Shown here: positions 14,955 through 24,323 of the stretch, piece after piece
Position numbering within the stretch: position 1 is the first letter of the stretch
Layout of the letters: the number at the start of each line of letters is the position of its first letter
Source of the DNA: Candidatus Aminicenantales bacterium
GTDB lineage: Bacteria; Acidobacteriota; Aminicenantia; Aminicenantales; UBA4085
DNA: 33,146 nucleotides
Assembly (NCBI GenBank): GCA_049515535.1
Contig: JBEKTZ010000004.1
Span: 265,462 to 298,607, forward strand
Reading direction: 5' to 3'
Program-made: the position numbers and the translations under genes
The notes under the pieces: generated by a model
The model's database searches: none
Seen by the model: only the letters and a program-made list of their open reading frames with translations
What the model was told of the DNA's origin: nothing

Positions 14955-17357
14955 TCATTCCAGCGCTTCGAGCAGCTGAATTTCGACCTCATGGTCCCCT
15001 TCGGGCACATCGAATTTCACGGACCGGCCCTTGAAGATCCTTTTGGGCTGATTGTCGATCAGAAGCTGGAATTTCCCTTTCTTGAGAAACTGGATCTCGA
15101 CTTGGCGCTTGGCGATGGCCCTCATCTCGAAGGACACCTCGTTCTCGGAATAAAGGAAATGGCGGATCACGGCTCCGCCGTCGACCGCGAAGATCTCATT
15201 CCCCTCTTCCCGTAGCAGGATTTCGCCTTTGCCGACCTGGACGTCATAACTCCGTCCCTGAATCGAAGCCCGGAAAAGCCTTCCCTTGCTTTCCGGCTGG
15301 ATCATACCGAACCGGAACCCTTCCCAGGGCGTGACATCCAGGTATTCCTCGACGGCTATGAGGGCGAACAACGGTCCCCAGCTCTGAAATCTCTGACCGG
15401 CGGCTTCTCCGGTCAGGGGATGGAAATTCTCCGGGCAGAGTTGGAAATTGGTCCATGTCCGCATGAAAAGCGCCGAGCTCTTTTTTGCGAATTCAGAGGC
15501 GAGCACGTCTTGTCCGTAAGCCTTCAAGCCTTGATAAACGAGGTAGTTCGTCGGCGGCCAGATCGTTCCCCTCCAGTATTGCCGATCTGGGTTCTTCGGG
15601 TCATTGAAAGCCGGGTCGTCCCGCGAAATCGAAGGAATGATGTAATCGCCCCAGAATTCCTTGGGATTACGAAGATGTCTGATCATGGTTTGGGCCCGGC
15701 GTTCATCGGGGATCCGGGCCAGGAGCGGCAGAAAACTCGAGGCCGCTTTTCGCGTCGAGAATCGGCCGTCCCAATAGCGGTCGAAATAGAAACCTTCCCT
15801 CTGGTTCCAGAGATGGGTATTGATGAGGTCCTTCATCTTCTCGTACTCGTCCAGATAGTTTTCCATTTCCTCGCGCTTATTGAGAAGGTCGGCCATATGG
15901 GACAGGCACCAGGCATCGAGGGCGTAAAAGCAGTTCAGGTCCAGGCAGTTCATGCTCAAGGTGCCCGTTTCGCCGTTGAAGGGGACGTCGTCCCAGTTCG
16001 GAAGATCGTCCTGGCCGGATTCCCATTTCGCCCGCTGCTCACCGGTCGCGTTGACTTCCCACGACGGCGGCCTTTCGGAGACGAGTTCCCTGTCCGATCC
16101 CCACTCCAGGAGGCCGTCGCCGTTGCCGTCGCGGCGCGATTGCCCGTTCGGCTTTTTCGCCTTCCAAAAGCCGTGCCACTTTTTTAAATAGGGATAGGCG
16201 AAATTCAAAATCTCCGGATCTCCGGTCTTTTGAAAGAGCTTGAGACAGACGTAAGCTCCGATCGGCGGCTGCGAACGGTCCGGCGTCCCGCCGAAACGGC
16301 TTCGCCAGTTGGGAATGTTTCCGTTCGGATATTGCGTTTCGAGCACGGCTTTGAGGGCGTCCGAGGCGAGCTTCGCGCTTTCGACGGACAGTTCGAGGGC
16401 ATTGAAGAACGAATCCCAGCCGAAGATCTGCCAATGATCGGGCGATCCGTCGGAGCGATTGAAGATCCAGCGCCGGCCGGCGGGAGCGTAAAGCCGGTGA
16501 TTTCCAGCTTGATAGAGCGTCATCCAGAAGAGATTGTTCGTGATGGCTTCGGGGACGCCTTCATAAAGGCCGTTGATCGTCACTCGCTTTTTCAGATATC
16601 GATCGCGCTCCTCGTCCAGGATCCCATCGATCGTCTTCGTATTTTGATAGCGGTAGATGTGCTTTTGGACCACATCGGCGTCATCTCCGACGCCGGCCAC
16701 GAAATAAATGCGGCGTTCATTTTCCTGGGAAAAAACGAGGGAGATCTCTTCCCCTTCGAGCGCCGAAGAAGCCGGCTGTCCCGGACGATGCGTCCACAGG
16801 AGTCCGAAAACGGGCTTGGCGGCTCGCGATTCGCCCTGGATCAGACCGTCCGTCCGGATCCGATAACGGCCCTTGAAGTCCCAGGGAAAATATTGGACGA
16901 GATGGATCCGGACGTTTTTCGGACCTTGAAGCCGGCCGATAACCGAGCGCTCATCCTGCCTGGACCATTCGAGCGTCAAGGTGTCGGATTTCTCGGACGG
17001 CTTGATCAAGATCGGCGTGTCATTTTTCTGTTCGGCCGGCAAGAGGGGTAGCCCGATATCGAACTTGACCCGGGCATAAAGGCCGTCGGACGCGTTCGGC
17101 CCCGCTTCCGAGACCATGTAAAAAAGGTCGTTTCCGTCGATCATGCTCCCGTCTTTCTCGACTTTGAAACGAAAGGCGAACGCGGCGTCTTTTTGCGGGG
17201 CAAGGACAAGACCGCACCAGCCCATTCCGTCCAACGCTCCGATATAGGTATCTTTCCAGGGATAAGGCACGTCAGCGCGAAGGACGATGAAAAGCGCGGA
17301 TCCTCCGAAGAGAGCGAAGATCAAAAGGAGACGAAGAGGCTTATGACGCCGGGGCAT
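14955..17357 (-). CDS. Exported GH63/MGH1-like (alpha/alpha)6 glycoside hydrolase
   Basis: GWDSFF, SQPPIG, WESGQDDLPNWD, YWRGTIWPP and ENF motifs. N-terminal hydrophobic signal/anchor and extra N- and C-terminal beta-rich regions. Confidence 0.82.
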   Translation of the reverse strand: MPRRHKPLRLLLIFALFGGSALFIVLRADVPYPWKDTYIGALDGMGWCGLVLAPQKDAAFAFRFKVEKDGSMIDGNDLFYMVSEAGPNASDGLYARVKFDIGLPLLPAEQKNDTPILIKPSEKSDTLTLEWSRQDERSVIGRLQGPKNVRIHLVQYFPWDFKGRYRIRTDGLIQGESRAAKPVFGLLWTHRPGQPASSALEGEEISLVFSQENERRIYFVAGVGDDADVVQKHIYRYQNTKTIDGILDEERDRYLKKRVTINGLYEGVPEAITNNLFWMTLYQAGNHRLYAPAGRRWIFNRSDGSPDHWQIFGWDSFFNALELSVESAKLASDALKAVLETQYPNGNIPNWRSRFGGTPDRSQPPIGAYVCLKLFQKTGDPEILNFAYPYLKKWHGFWKAKKPNGQSRRDGNGDGLLEWGSDRELVSERPPSWEVNATGEQRAKWESGQDDLPNWDDVPFNGETGTLSMNCLDLNCFYALDAWCLSHMADLLNKREEMENYLDEYEKMKDLINTHLWNQREGFYFDRYWDGRFSTRKAASSFLPLLARIPDERRAQTMIRHLRNPKEFWGDYIIPSISRDDPAFNDPKNPDRQYWRGTIWPPTNYLVYQGLKAYGQDVLASEFAKKSSALFMRTWTNFQLCPENFHPLTGEAAGQRFQSWGPLFALIAVEEYLDVTPWEGFRFGMIQPESKGRLFRASIQGRSYDVQVGKGEILLREEGNEIFAVDGGAVIRHFLYSENEVSFEMRAIAKRQVEIQFLKKGKFQLLIDNQPKRIFKGRSVKFDVPEGDHEVEIQLLEALE

Positions 17358-17381
17358 GTTCAAGTCTTATTTTCCAAAAAC

Positions 17382-17410
17382 AATCTACGCTAAAAGCGGC
17401 CCGAAATCAA
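17382..17410 (-). promoter_or_regulatory. Putative sigma70 promoter for the GH63-like gene
   Basis: Minus strand TTGATT (17410-17405)-N17-TAGATT (17387-17382). It overlaps an imperfect hairpin CGGCCC..AATCCG/CGGATT..GGGCCG at about 17397-17434. Confidence 0.5.
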
Positions 17411-17487
17411 ATCCGCGCCGGATTGTTTGGGCCGAAAGTTTCTTGGAATCGAGTTTCTTTATCCTGCGGCCAGGGAACTACGCTCCT

Positions 17488-18111
17488 TTAGAAGAAAAGT
17501 TTTAATCCGAATTTGAGAAAAACAGTCCGAAGATTCACCCTGAAGTCGGCCGACGAGACGCCTTGATTCATGTCCCGATACGTCGTCTTGCCGGGAGCCG
17601 ACCGCATAAGATAGGAGCCCTCGCTGAAAAAATTCAGCGTCGAGTTCAGGGGAATTCTGGCGCCCAGACCGAAATAAAAGGCCGGGCCGTCCGCGATCTG
17701 CTGATCGATCCGGACTTCGGGGATCGAGGCATACGAGCCGATGCTAAACCTGGTGAAGACGAAAGCGCCCCCGGCGAAGGCGCAGGGAATGAAGAACGGG
17801 TTCTGAAGAAATTCGCCCTGCAGGCAAATGATGATCGGCGAGGCCGATACGGTTCCATTATAAAGGACCCCTTTGGCCCGATTGGACAAGGATGTCCAAT
17901 GCGAGAATTCGATGGAAAGCGAAAGCCGGCCCCCGAGGATGGGATAGGAAACTCCGAAGCCGGATTCGAATTCTCCATGGAGGTACCCGGATTCAGGGAA
18001 GGAATACCCCCCGTGGGCGTGAAGCGCCAGCCGTCCGTGCTGGGCAAACACGACGGCCGGGAATGTCATGCCGAAGAGCAGAACACATATCGACCGGCGC
18101 CAAGATCGCAT
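17488..18111 (-). CDS. Small outer-membrane beta-barrel protein (OmpW/OmpA-barrel-like)
   Basis: Signal peptide ending VFA; amphipathic strands; C-terminal FGLKLFF (terminal Phe beta-signal). The start could be 18123. Confidence 0.75.
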   Translation of the reverse strand: MRSWRRSICVLLFGMTFPAVVFAQHGRLALHAHGGYSFPESGYLHGEFESGFGVSYPILGGRLSLSIEFSHWTSLSNRAKGVLYNGTVSASPIIICLQGEFLQNPFFIPCAFAGGAFVFTRFSIGSYASIPEVRIDQQIADGPAFYFGLGARIPLNSTLNFFSEGSYLMRSAPGKTTYRDMNQGVSSADFRVNLRTVFLKFGLKLFF

Positions 18112-18221
18112 ATCGGGATACATATTCCTCGAATCCCGGCATGATGTCAATCCAAAGCCATTTTCTTGATGAAATTCGAACCTGGCTGTGATAGATTATT
18201 TTCAATCGATAAGGAGAGCCC

Positions 18222-19352
18222 ATGAACTTCAATTTGTACTTCAAGTCGCGGCAGGGTGAGATGATCAATCTTCTCAAGGAGCTCGTTCACCGCGAATCCC
18301 CCACCTCGGATAAAAAGGCCGTCGACGCCTGCTCCGGTTTTCTCGCCGATCACTTCAAAAAAATCGGCGCTAAAATAACCCGTCTCCCCCAGAAAATGAC
18401 GGGCGACTTTTACACCGTCGAATTCCCGCCCCGCGAGGACAAGCGCCTTGACGAACAGATCCTTGTCCTGACGCACATCGATACGGTCTGGCCGGTCGGC
18501 AAGATCGCCAAGATGCCGTTCTATATTTCGGGCGAAAAAGTCTTCGGACCTGGCGCCTTGGATATGAAGGGAGGATTGGTCGTCTCCTATTTCGGTCTCA
18601 AAGCGTTGAATGAACTCAATCTGCGGCCTCGGAAGAAGATCGTGATTTTCATCAATGCCGCCGAGGAGACCGGCTGTCAGGAAGCGCACGACATCATCAG
18701 GGCCTTGGCCAAAAAATCCCGGTATGCCCTTTGCCTGGAACCCGCGCTTCCGGGGGGAGCCCTCAAAGTCCAGAGAAAAGGCCGTCTCGTTATCCGCCTG
18801 GAGGCCGTCGGCAGGGCCGCCCATGGAGGGACTCCCGAGAAAGGCGTCAATGCCATCGAAGAAATCGGGGCCCAACTGCGCCGCGTTCAAACGCTCAAGT
18901 CGAAGGACATCTCGGTCAATATCGGGCTCATCGGCGGAGGTGAAAAGGCCAATGTCGTTCCCGATCGCGCCTGGGCCGTTTGCGACATCCGTTTTTGGGA
19001 TTCGGCGCAGAAAGAAAAAGTCATCGGCTTTTTCAAGAAATTGACCCCGCACGTTCGCGACGCTAAAATCAAATTCGCGGTGGAGAGTCTGACTCCGCCC
19101 ATGGAAAAAACCAAAGCGTCCGCCGCCCTTTTTCTTGAAGCCAAAAGGATTGCGGAGGACCTGGGCCTCGCTCTCGAGGGCGGAAAAACGGGGGGCGGCT
19201 CGGACGCCTCGATCGCGGCCGGCCTCGGCGTCGCGACGATCGACGGCCTCGGCCCGGACGGAGACGGGATTCACGCCGAGCACGAACACGTGCTCCTGCC
19301 TTCCCTCATTCAGCGGGCCGCGCTCCTCGTCGAATTATTTCGACAGCTATAA
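18222..19352 (+). CDS. M20 family metallopeptidase (carboxypeptidase G2-like)
   Basis: HIDTVW, GPGALDMKGG, EETG, LEP, GRAAHGG, GGGSDA and DGLGP.G.GIHA.HE. AAGGAG RBS. Confidence 0.92.
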   Translation: MNFNLYFKSRQGEMINLLKELVHRESPTSDKKAVDACSGFLADHFKKIGAKITRLPQKMTGDFYTVEFPPREDKRLDEQILVLTHIDTVWPVGKIAKMPFYISGEKVFGPGALDMKGGLVVSYFGLKALNELNLRPRKKIVIFINAAEETGCQEAHDIIRALAKKSRYALCLEPALPGGALKVQRKGRLVIRLEAVGRAAHGGTPEKGVNAIEEIGAQLRRVQTLKSKDISVNIGLIGGGEKANVVPDRAWAVCDIRFWDSAQKEKVIGFFKKLTPHVRDAKIKFAVESLTPPMEKTKASAALFLEAKRIAEDLGLALEGGKTGGGSDASIAAGLGVATIDGLGPDGDGIHAEHEHVLLPSLIQRAALLVELFRQL

Positions 19353-19353
19353 A

Positions 19354-19383
19354 TTGACATGCGAATGGAAACTGTAATAAGGT
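19354..19383 (+). promoter_or_regulatory. Putative sigma70 promoter for the aminotransferase-serA pair
   Basis: TTGACA (19354-19359)-N18-TAAGGT. Confidence 0.35.
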
Positions 19384-19420
19384 TGATTTTTAACGTCCTA
19401 TCATATTTTAAGGAGGAGTC

Positions 19421-20566
19421 ATGATCAAAAAATACTATCTTCTGTCCCCCGGTCCCACGCCCGTTCCGGAGAACGTCCTGGCTGCGGCAGCCGAACCGAT
19501 CATCCACCATCGGACCCCCGAGTTCTCCAAAATCTTCATGGATGTGTCCGAAGGCCTAAAATATGTCTTTGGAACGAAGGAGGAGGTGTATATTCTCACC
19601 TCGTCGGGGACGGGCGCCATGGAGGCCTCCGTTATCAATACGTTGTCCCCCGGCGACAAGGCGCTCACGATCAACACCGGCAAGTTCGGCGAACGCTGGG
19701 GCAATATCTGCAAAGCCTACGGCATTCAACACAAGGAAATCGTCGTGGAATGGGGCGCCGACTATACCAAAGAGCAGCTCGAGGCCGAGCTCAAGGCCAA
19801 CCCCGAGATCAAGGCGGTTTTTTGCCAGCTCTCCGAGACCTCGACGGGAGCCATATACGATATCCGGGGTTTCGGCGAAGTCGTCTCAAAAACGAACGCC
19901 ATTCTCGTCGTGGACGGCATCTCGGGGCTCGGCGTCATGCCTTGTCCCATGGACGAATGGAACGTCGACGTTTTCCTTTCGGGCTCGCAAAAATCCTTTA
20001 TGATTCCCCCCGGACTGGCTTACATCGCTTTCAGCCAGAAAGCCTGGAAGCTCGTCGAGACCGCGAAATGCCCCAAGTTTTATTTTGACGCCAAAAAGGC
20101 CCGCAAGAACTTAGCCGATAAAACGACGCCGTGGACCCCCGCCATTTCCTTGGTCATTCAGCAAAAAAAGGCTTTGGATATCATTATCGCGATGGGGCTG
20201 GAGAAACTTTTCCATCATCACCGCGTCCTCGGAGACGCGACAAGAGCGGGCGTCAAGGCTCTTGGCCTCGAACTCCTAGCCAAGAAACCCGGCAACATCC
20301 TGACCGCCGTGAAAACGCCGGCCGGCATCGAAGGGGGCAAGATCGTCAAAACGATGCAGGGCAAATACATGGCCTATATTCAGGGCGCCCAGGATCCTAA
20401 CAAAGGCAAGTTCTTCAGGATCGCCCACTTGGGCTATATGGGGGGGTTCGACATCATCACGGCCCTGACGGCTTTGGAGATGACCCTCCTTGACCTCGGC
20501 TACAAACTCGAACCCGGCATCTCGATTAAAGCGGCCGAACCTATTTTGAGGGAGAATTGGGCATGA
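19421..20566 (+). CDS. Class V PLP aminotransferase (alanine-glyoxylate/serine-pyruvate family; probable phosphoserine aminotransferase)
   Basis: PGPTPVP, HHRTPEF, SSGTGAMEA, ETSTG, VDGISG, SGSQK (PLP Lys), MIPPGL and FRIAHLG. Confidence 0.92.
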   Translation: MIKKYYLLSPGPTPVPENVLAAAAEPIIHHRTPEFSKIFMDVSEGLKYVFGTKEEVYILTSSGTGAMEASVINTLSPGDKALTINTGKFGERWGNICKAYGIQHKEIVVEWGADYTKEQLEAELKANPEIKAVFCQLSETSTGAIYDIRGFGEVVSKTNAILVVDGISGLGVMPCPMDEWNVDVFLSGSQKSFMIPPGLAYIAFSQKAWKLVETAKCPKFYFDAKKARKNLADKTTPWTPAISLVIQQKKALDIIIAMGLEKLFHHHRVLGDATRAGVKALGLELLAKKPGNILTAVKTPAGIEGGKIVKTMQGKYMAYIQGAQDPNKGKFFRIAHLGYMGGFDIITALTALEMTLLDLGYKLEPGISIKAAEPILRENWA

Positions 20567-21462
20567 GAAAAATATTGATCGCGGATTCGCTGGACAAGGA
20601 GGCTATGGATCAGCTCAAGATCGTTCCGGGCTTCGAGGTGACCGTGAAAACCGGGATGGACGAGGCGACTTTGATCAAAACCATCCCCGGCTTCAACGCA
20701 GTCGTCGTCCGCAGCGCGACGAAGATCACGAAACCCGTCATCAACGCCTCGACGAACCTGGAAATCATCGTCCGGGCCGGCATCGGCTTGGACAACGTGG
20801 ACGCGGCGGCGGCCAAAGCCAAAGGCATCAAGGTCGCCAATACTCCGGCGGCGACGACGATCTCCGTGGCCGAACACGCTTTCGGCCTCATGCTGGGAGC
20901 CGTCCGGCAGCACGGATTGGCCAACTATACGATGAAGCAGCACAAATGGGAGAAAAAGGTCCTTCACGGGACGGAGCTTTATCAAAAGACTCTCGGCTTA
21001 ATAGGCTGCGGCCGAATCGGACTCGCCGTCGCCGAGCGGGCTATCGCCTTCGGCATGAACGTCATCGGATATGACGTTGTTCCCTTCAAGACGACATTGC
21101 CGGTGAAGCAGGTGACGCTCGACGAACTCCTGACCCAGGCCGATATCTTCTCGCTCCATGTTCCGAAGACGGAAAAACCGATTCTCGGAGCCGCCGAGTT
21201 CGCCAAGATGAAAAAAGGCGTCGTGCTGGTCAACGCCGCGCGCGGCGGGGTCGTCGACGAAAAGGCGCTTTTGGACGCACTGAACTCAGGCAAAATCAAG
21301 GCCGCGGCTTTGGATGTCTTCGCCAAAGAACCTCCCGAGGACTGGACGCTCATCGACCACCCGAACGTCACGGCAGCGCCGCATATCGGCGCCCAGGCCG
21401 AGGAAGGCCAAAAAAGAGCCGGGCTCGAAGTCGTTAGGATTCTCAAGGAAAAGCTCGTTTAA
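20563..21462 (+). CDS. serA: D-3-phosphoglycerate dehydrogenase-like D-2-hydroxyacid dehydrogenase (short form, no ACT domain)
   Basis: VRSATK, RAGIGLDNVD, GCGRIG, SLHVP, NAARGG, LDVF..EP and PHIGAQ. ATGA overlap with the aminotransferase. Confidence 0.85.
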   Translation: MRKILIADSLDKEAMDQLKIVPGFEVTVKTGMDEATLIKTIPGFNAVVVRSATKITKPVINASTNLEIIVRAGIGLDNVDAAAAKAKGIKVANTPAATTISVAEHAFGLMLGAVRQHGLANYTMKQHKWEKKVLHGTELYQKTLGLIGCGRIGLAVAERAIAFGMNVIGYDVVPFKTTLPVKQVTLDELLTQADIFSLHVPKTEKPILGAAEFAKMKKGVVLVNAARGGVVDEKALLDALNSGKIKAAALDVFAKEPPEDWTLIDHPNVTAAPHIGAQAEEGQKRAGLEVVRILKEKLV

Positions 21463-21467
21463 TTTTG

Positions 21468-21504
21468 AGGGGGACGCGGACGCCGGTCCTCGTCCCCCTT
21501 TTTT
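21468..21504 (+). terminator. Rho-independent terminator
   Basis: AGGGGGACG (21468-21476) pairs with CGTCCCCCT (21491-21499), with an inner GGAC/GTCC stem and a GCCG loop, followed by a T-run. Confidence 0.8.
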
Positions 21505-21612
21505 CCCCTCCGGTTCGCATTCCATCGAATGATTCAAAATAGTATTTTTCCCCGTTTTCCGCTAAAATATCGCTTTCTCTAGGATTTTCGTGCCAAACGG
21601 CTAGGAGCTTTG

Positions 21613-22770
21613 ATGGTCTATCTGGACAATAATGCCACTACCCCCCTCGACCCCGCCGTCGCGGACAAGATGTCCGTGTTTCTCCGCGAGCATTTCGGCA
21701 ATCCGTCGTCTCTTTACCCGATCGGCCGTCAGGGCAAAGAAATGATCAACGAAGCCCGGGAACAAGTCGCCAAGGCCCTCGGCGCCTCCAAATCCGAAAT
21801 CTATTTCACGGGCTCCGGCACGGAGGCGGACAATCACGCCATTTTCGGGGCGCTCGAAGCCGTGCCCGACAAGAAGGAGTTCGTCACGTCGGCCGTCGAA
21901 CATCCGGCCGTCCGCGAAGCCGCCCTTTATCTGGAAAAGAAAGGGTATAAAATCATCTTCGTTCCCGTGGACCACTTCGGCGTCATCGACCTCGATTTTC
22001 TCAGGGACGCGGTCACGCCCCAAACGGCCCTGGTTTCCATCATGCACGCCAACAACGAAATCGGCACGATCCAGCCGATCGAAGATATCGTCCGTATCGC
22101 CAAAGAGAGAGGAACCCTGGTTCATACCGATGCCGTTCAGACCTTCGGTAAAATCGAGTTCCAAACGGACCGGCTGGGCGTCGATCTGCTCTCTGTATCG
22201 TCGCACAAGATCTACGGTCCCAAAGGAGTCGGCGCTCTTTATGTCCGAAAAGGGACAAATGTTCATCCGTTCCTCCACGGCGGCCACCAAGAGCGCGGGA
22301 TGCGCGCGGGCACAGAAAATACGATCGGGATCATCGGCTTCGGCGAGGCGGCGCGCATCCTTCCCGAAAAATTCACGACCGACAAAGCCCGCATTGATAA
22401 ACTAGCCGCCCGCTTAAAAAAAGGGATTGAAGAGAAGATTCCCAAAGTCAGGCTTAACGGACATCCCGAAAAAAGGATCAAAAGCACGCTGAATTATTCG
22501 TTCCTTGGCCTCGAGGCCGAAGCCATTCTCCTGGCCTTGGCGACCAAAGAGATCTATGTCGCGACCGGTTCGGCCTGCAGCGAGGAATCGGAAGAAGTGT
22601 CCCACGTCTTGCTGGCCATAGGATTGAGGCCCGAAATCGCCCGATCCACGGTCCGCCTCTCGCTGGGACGCTTCAATACGGATCACGACATTGATATCAC
22701 TCTGAAAGAACTCCCCGATATCATCGAAAAACTGAGGAAAATCTCCGCTTTCAGCCCCGAGGACATTTGA
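21613..22770 (+). CDS. iscS: Cysteine desulfurase (IscS/NifS group I)
   Basis: YLDNNATT, GNPSS, SGTEADN, EHPAV, ANNEIG, HTDAVQ, SSHKIYGPKG and TGSAC (catalytic Cys). AGGAG RBS. Confidence 0.93.
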   Translation: MVYLDNNATTPLDPAVADKMSVFLREHFGNPSSLYPIGRQGKEMINEAREQVAKALGASKSEIYFTGSGTEADNHAIFGALEAVPDKKEFVTSAVEHPAVREAALYLEKKGYKIIFVPVDHFGVIDLDFLRDAVTPQTALVSIMHANNEIGTIQPIEDIVRIAKERGTLVHTDAVQTFGKIEFQTDRLGVDLLSVSSHKIYGPKGVGALYVRKGTNVHPFLHGGHQERGMRAGTENTIGIIGFGEAARILPEKFTTDKARIDKLAARLKKGIEEKIPKVRLNGHPEKRIKSTLNYSFLGLEAEAILLALATKEIYVATGSACSEESEEVSHVLLAIGLRPEIARSTVRLSLGRFNTDHDIDITLKELPDIIEKLRKISAFSPEDI

Positions 22771-22784
22771 AAAGGCGGCCATAA

Positions 22785-23687
22785 ATGCCGGATATTATGA
22801 CGACGAAACCAACGATTTTTGACCTCGTCAAAAGGCGGCCCGTTCTTTTGGACGGGGCCATGGGCACCGAGCTGATGAAACGCGGTCTTCCCCAGGGAAC
22901 TTGTCCCGAAGAGTGGAACGTATCCAATCCGGATGCGCTGAAAGCCATCCATCGGGACTATTACGAAGCCGGATCGGACGTCGTCGCGACGAACTCGTTC
23001 GGCGGCAACAGGATCATGCTCGTTTCCCACGGTTTAGCGGGCCGTTGTCACGAGCTCAATTATGCGGCCGCCAAACTAGCCGGCGAGGTCAAGCCGGAGG
23101 GAAAATTCGTGGCGGGCGACCTGGGCCCGACCGGAAAGTTCTTGAAACCGCAAGGGGAATACACCGAGGACGATTTCGAAAAGGCCTTCGCCGTCCAGGC
23201 GAAAGGCCTGGCCATGGGGAAAGTGGACTTTTTTATGGTGGAAACCATGTTCGACCTCAGGGAAGCCCTCTGCGCCGTGCGCGGCGTTCGAAGCGCCTCT
23301 TCCCTGCCCGTATTCGTGACGATGACATTCAATAAGACCCCCCGGGGGTTTTTCACGCTCATGGGCGATAGCGTGCGGCAATGCGCCGAAGCTTTCGAAA
23401 AATTGGACGTTCCCATATTCGGCGCCAACTGCACATTGACGAGCGCCGATCTTGCCGATTGCATCCGGGAAATGCGAAAACATACCTCCCGTCCTCTGAT
23501 CGCCCAGCCCAACGCCGGAAAACCGGAACTGACGGACGGCCGAAAAGTGGTCTATTCGCAGGGAATCGAGGAGTTCGTCAAGGACGTTCCAAAACTGATC
23601 CAAAACGGGGCCGGCCTCGTCGGGGGCTGTTGCGGGACAAATCCGGAATATATCCGGCGGACCGCGATCGCGCTCAAACTTCTTTGA
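22785..23687 (+). CDS. Homocysteine S-methyltransferase family protein (stand-alone MetH homocysteine-binding domain)
   Basis: LLDGAMGT, YYEAGSD, TNSFG, GPTG, ETM.D, GANC, QPNAG.P and GGCCGT (Zn ligands); only 300 aa. Confidence 0.92.
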   Translation: MPDIMTTKPTIFDLVKRRPVLLDGAMGTELMKRGLPQGTCPEEWNVSNPDALKAIHRDYYEAGSDVVATNSFGGNRIMLVSHGLAGRCHELNYAAAKLAGEVKPEGKFVAGDLGPTGKFLKPQGEYTEDDFEKAFAVQAKGLAMGKVDFFMVETMFDLREALCAVRGVRSASSLPVFVTMTFNKTPRGFFTLMGDSVRQCAEAFEKLDVPIFGANCTLTSADLADCIREMRKHTSRPLIAQPNAGKPELTDGRKVVYSQGIEEFVKDVPKLIQNGAGLVGGCCGTNPEYIRRTAIALKLL

Positions 23688-24210
23688 TCTGCGCCAGGAA
23701 TCTCTTCCTCAAAGCCAGGAAATAGCTTTGGTAGCCTTCTTTAGCGAAATCCGGATAGGTCCAGTCGAGCTTGCGAATCCCCGTTTTCGTATAAAGGAAT
23801 TCCAGGTGTCCGTAAATTCCGCGTCGAAGCGGAATCCTATGGGAGAAATCCTTGGCCGTGGCCATGATGAGCGCGGCGGGCGTGATATAACCCGGATCCA
23901 GGTTGATGATCCGAAGATCCGCGCGGAACTCCCGTCGGATTTCATTTTCGAGATCGTTCGTCCGAATTTTGATCTCGCTCAGGCTTTCAGGATCGATCAA
24001 TCTCTCGAAACTAATAAAACTCCGCTTCAAACCCGTTCCCATTTGGGCCTCGTAATAATCCGTCAGATCGAATTCGAATCGTGGGCTGCGCCCGTCCACC
24101 GGTCCAAAAGCCGCGACGAGCCGTTCCTCCGATTTCCGGAAATAATCTTCCTTGGCCGTGATGATCCCACAGAGGAGTTTTACGAGACGGAACGTTTTGA
24201 TATCAGCCAC
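23674..24210 (-). CDS. DUF4416 family protein
   Basis: TDYYEAQMG..L.R.F.SF, IKIRTNDLE, INLDPGY, ATAKDFSHRI.L..GIY and WTYPDF. GTG start at 24210 is inferred. Confidence 0.85.
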   Translation of the reverse strand: MADIKTFRLVKLLCGIITAKEDYFRKSEERLVAAFGPVDGRSPRFEFDLTDYYEAQMGTGLKRSFISFERLIDPESLSEIKIRTNDLENEIRREFRADLRIINLDPGYITPAALIMATAKDFSHRIPLRRGIYGHLEFLYTKTGIRKLDWTYPDFAKEGYQSYFLALRKRFLAQIKEV

Positions 24211-24285
24211 ATCCAATAAAATAATCCTAATTTTCGATAATTTCAATCGCCTATTCCGCAAATTTCTGATCGGTACAAATTGGCG

Positions 24286-24314
24286 TTGACCTCATCGCTT
24301 TTCTCCCTTATAAT
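24286..24314 (+). promoter_or_regulatory. Near-consensus sigma70 promoter of the asnS cluster
   Basis: TTGACC (24286-24291)-N17-TATAAT (24309-24314). Confidence 0.75.
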
Positions 24315-24323
24315 TTTGGAGCC

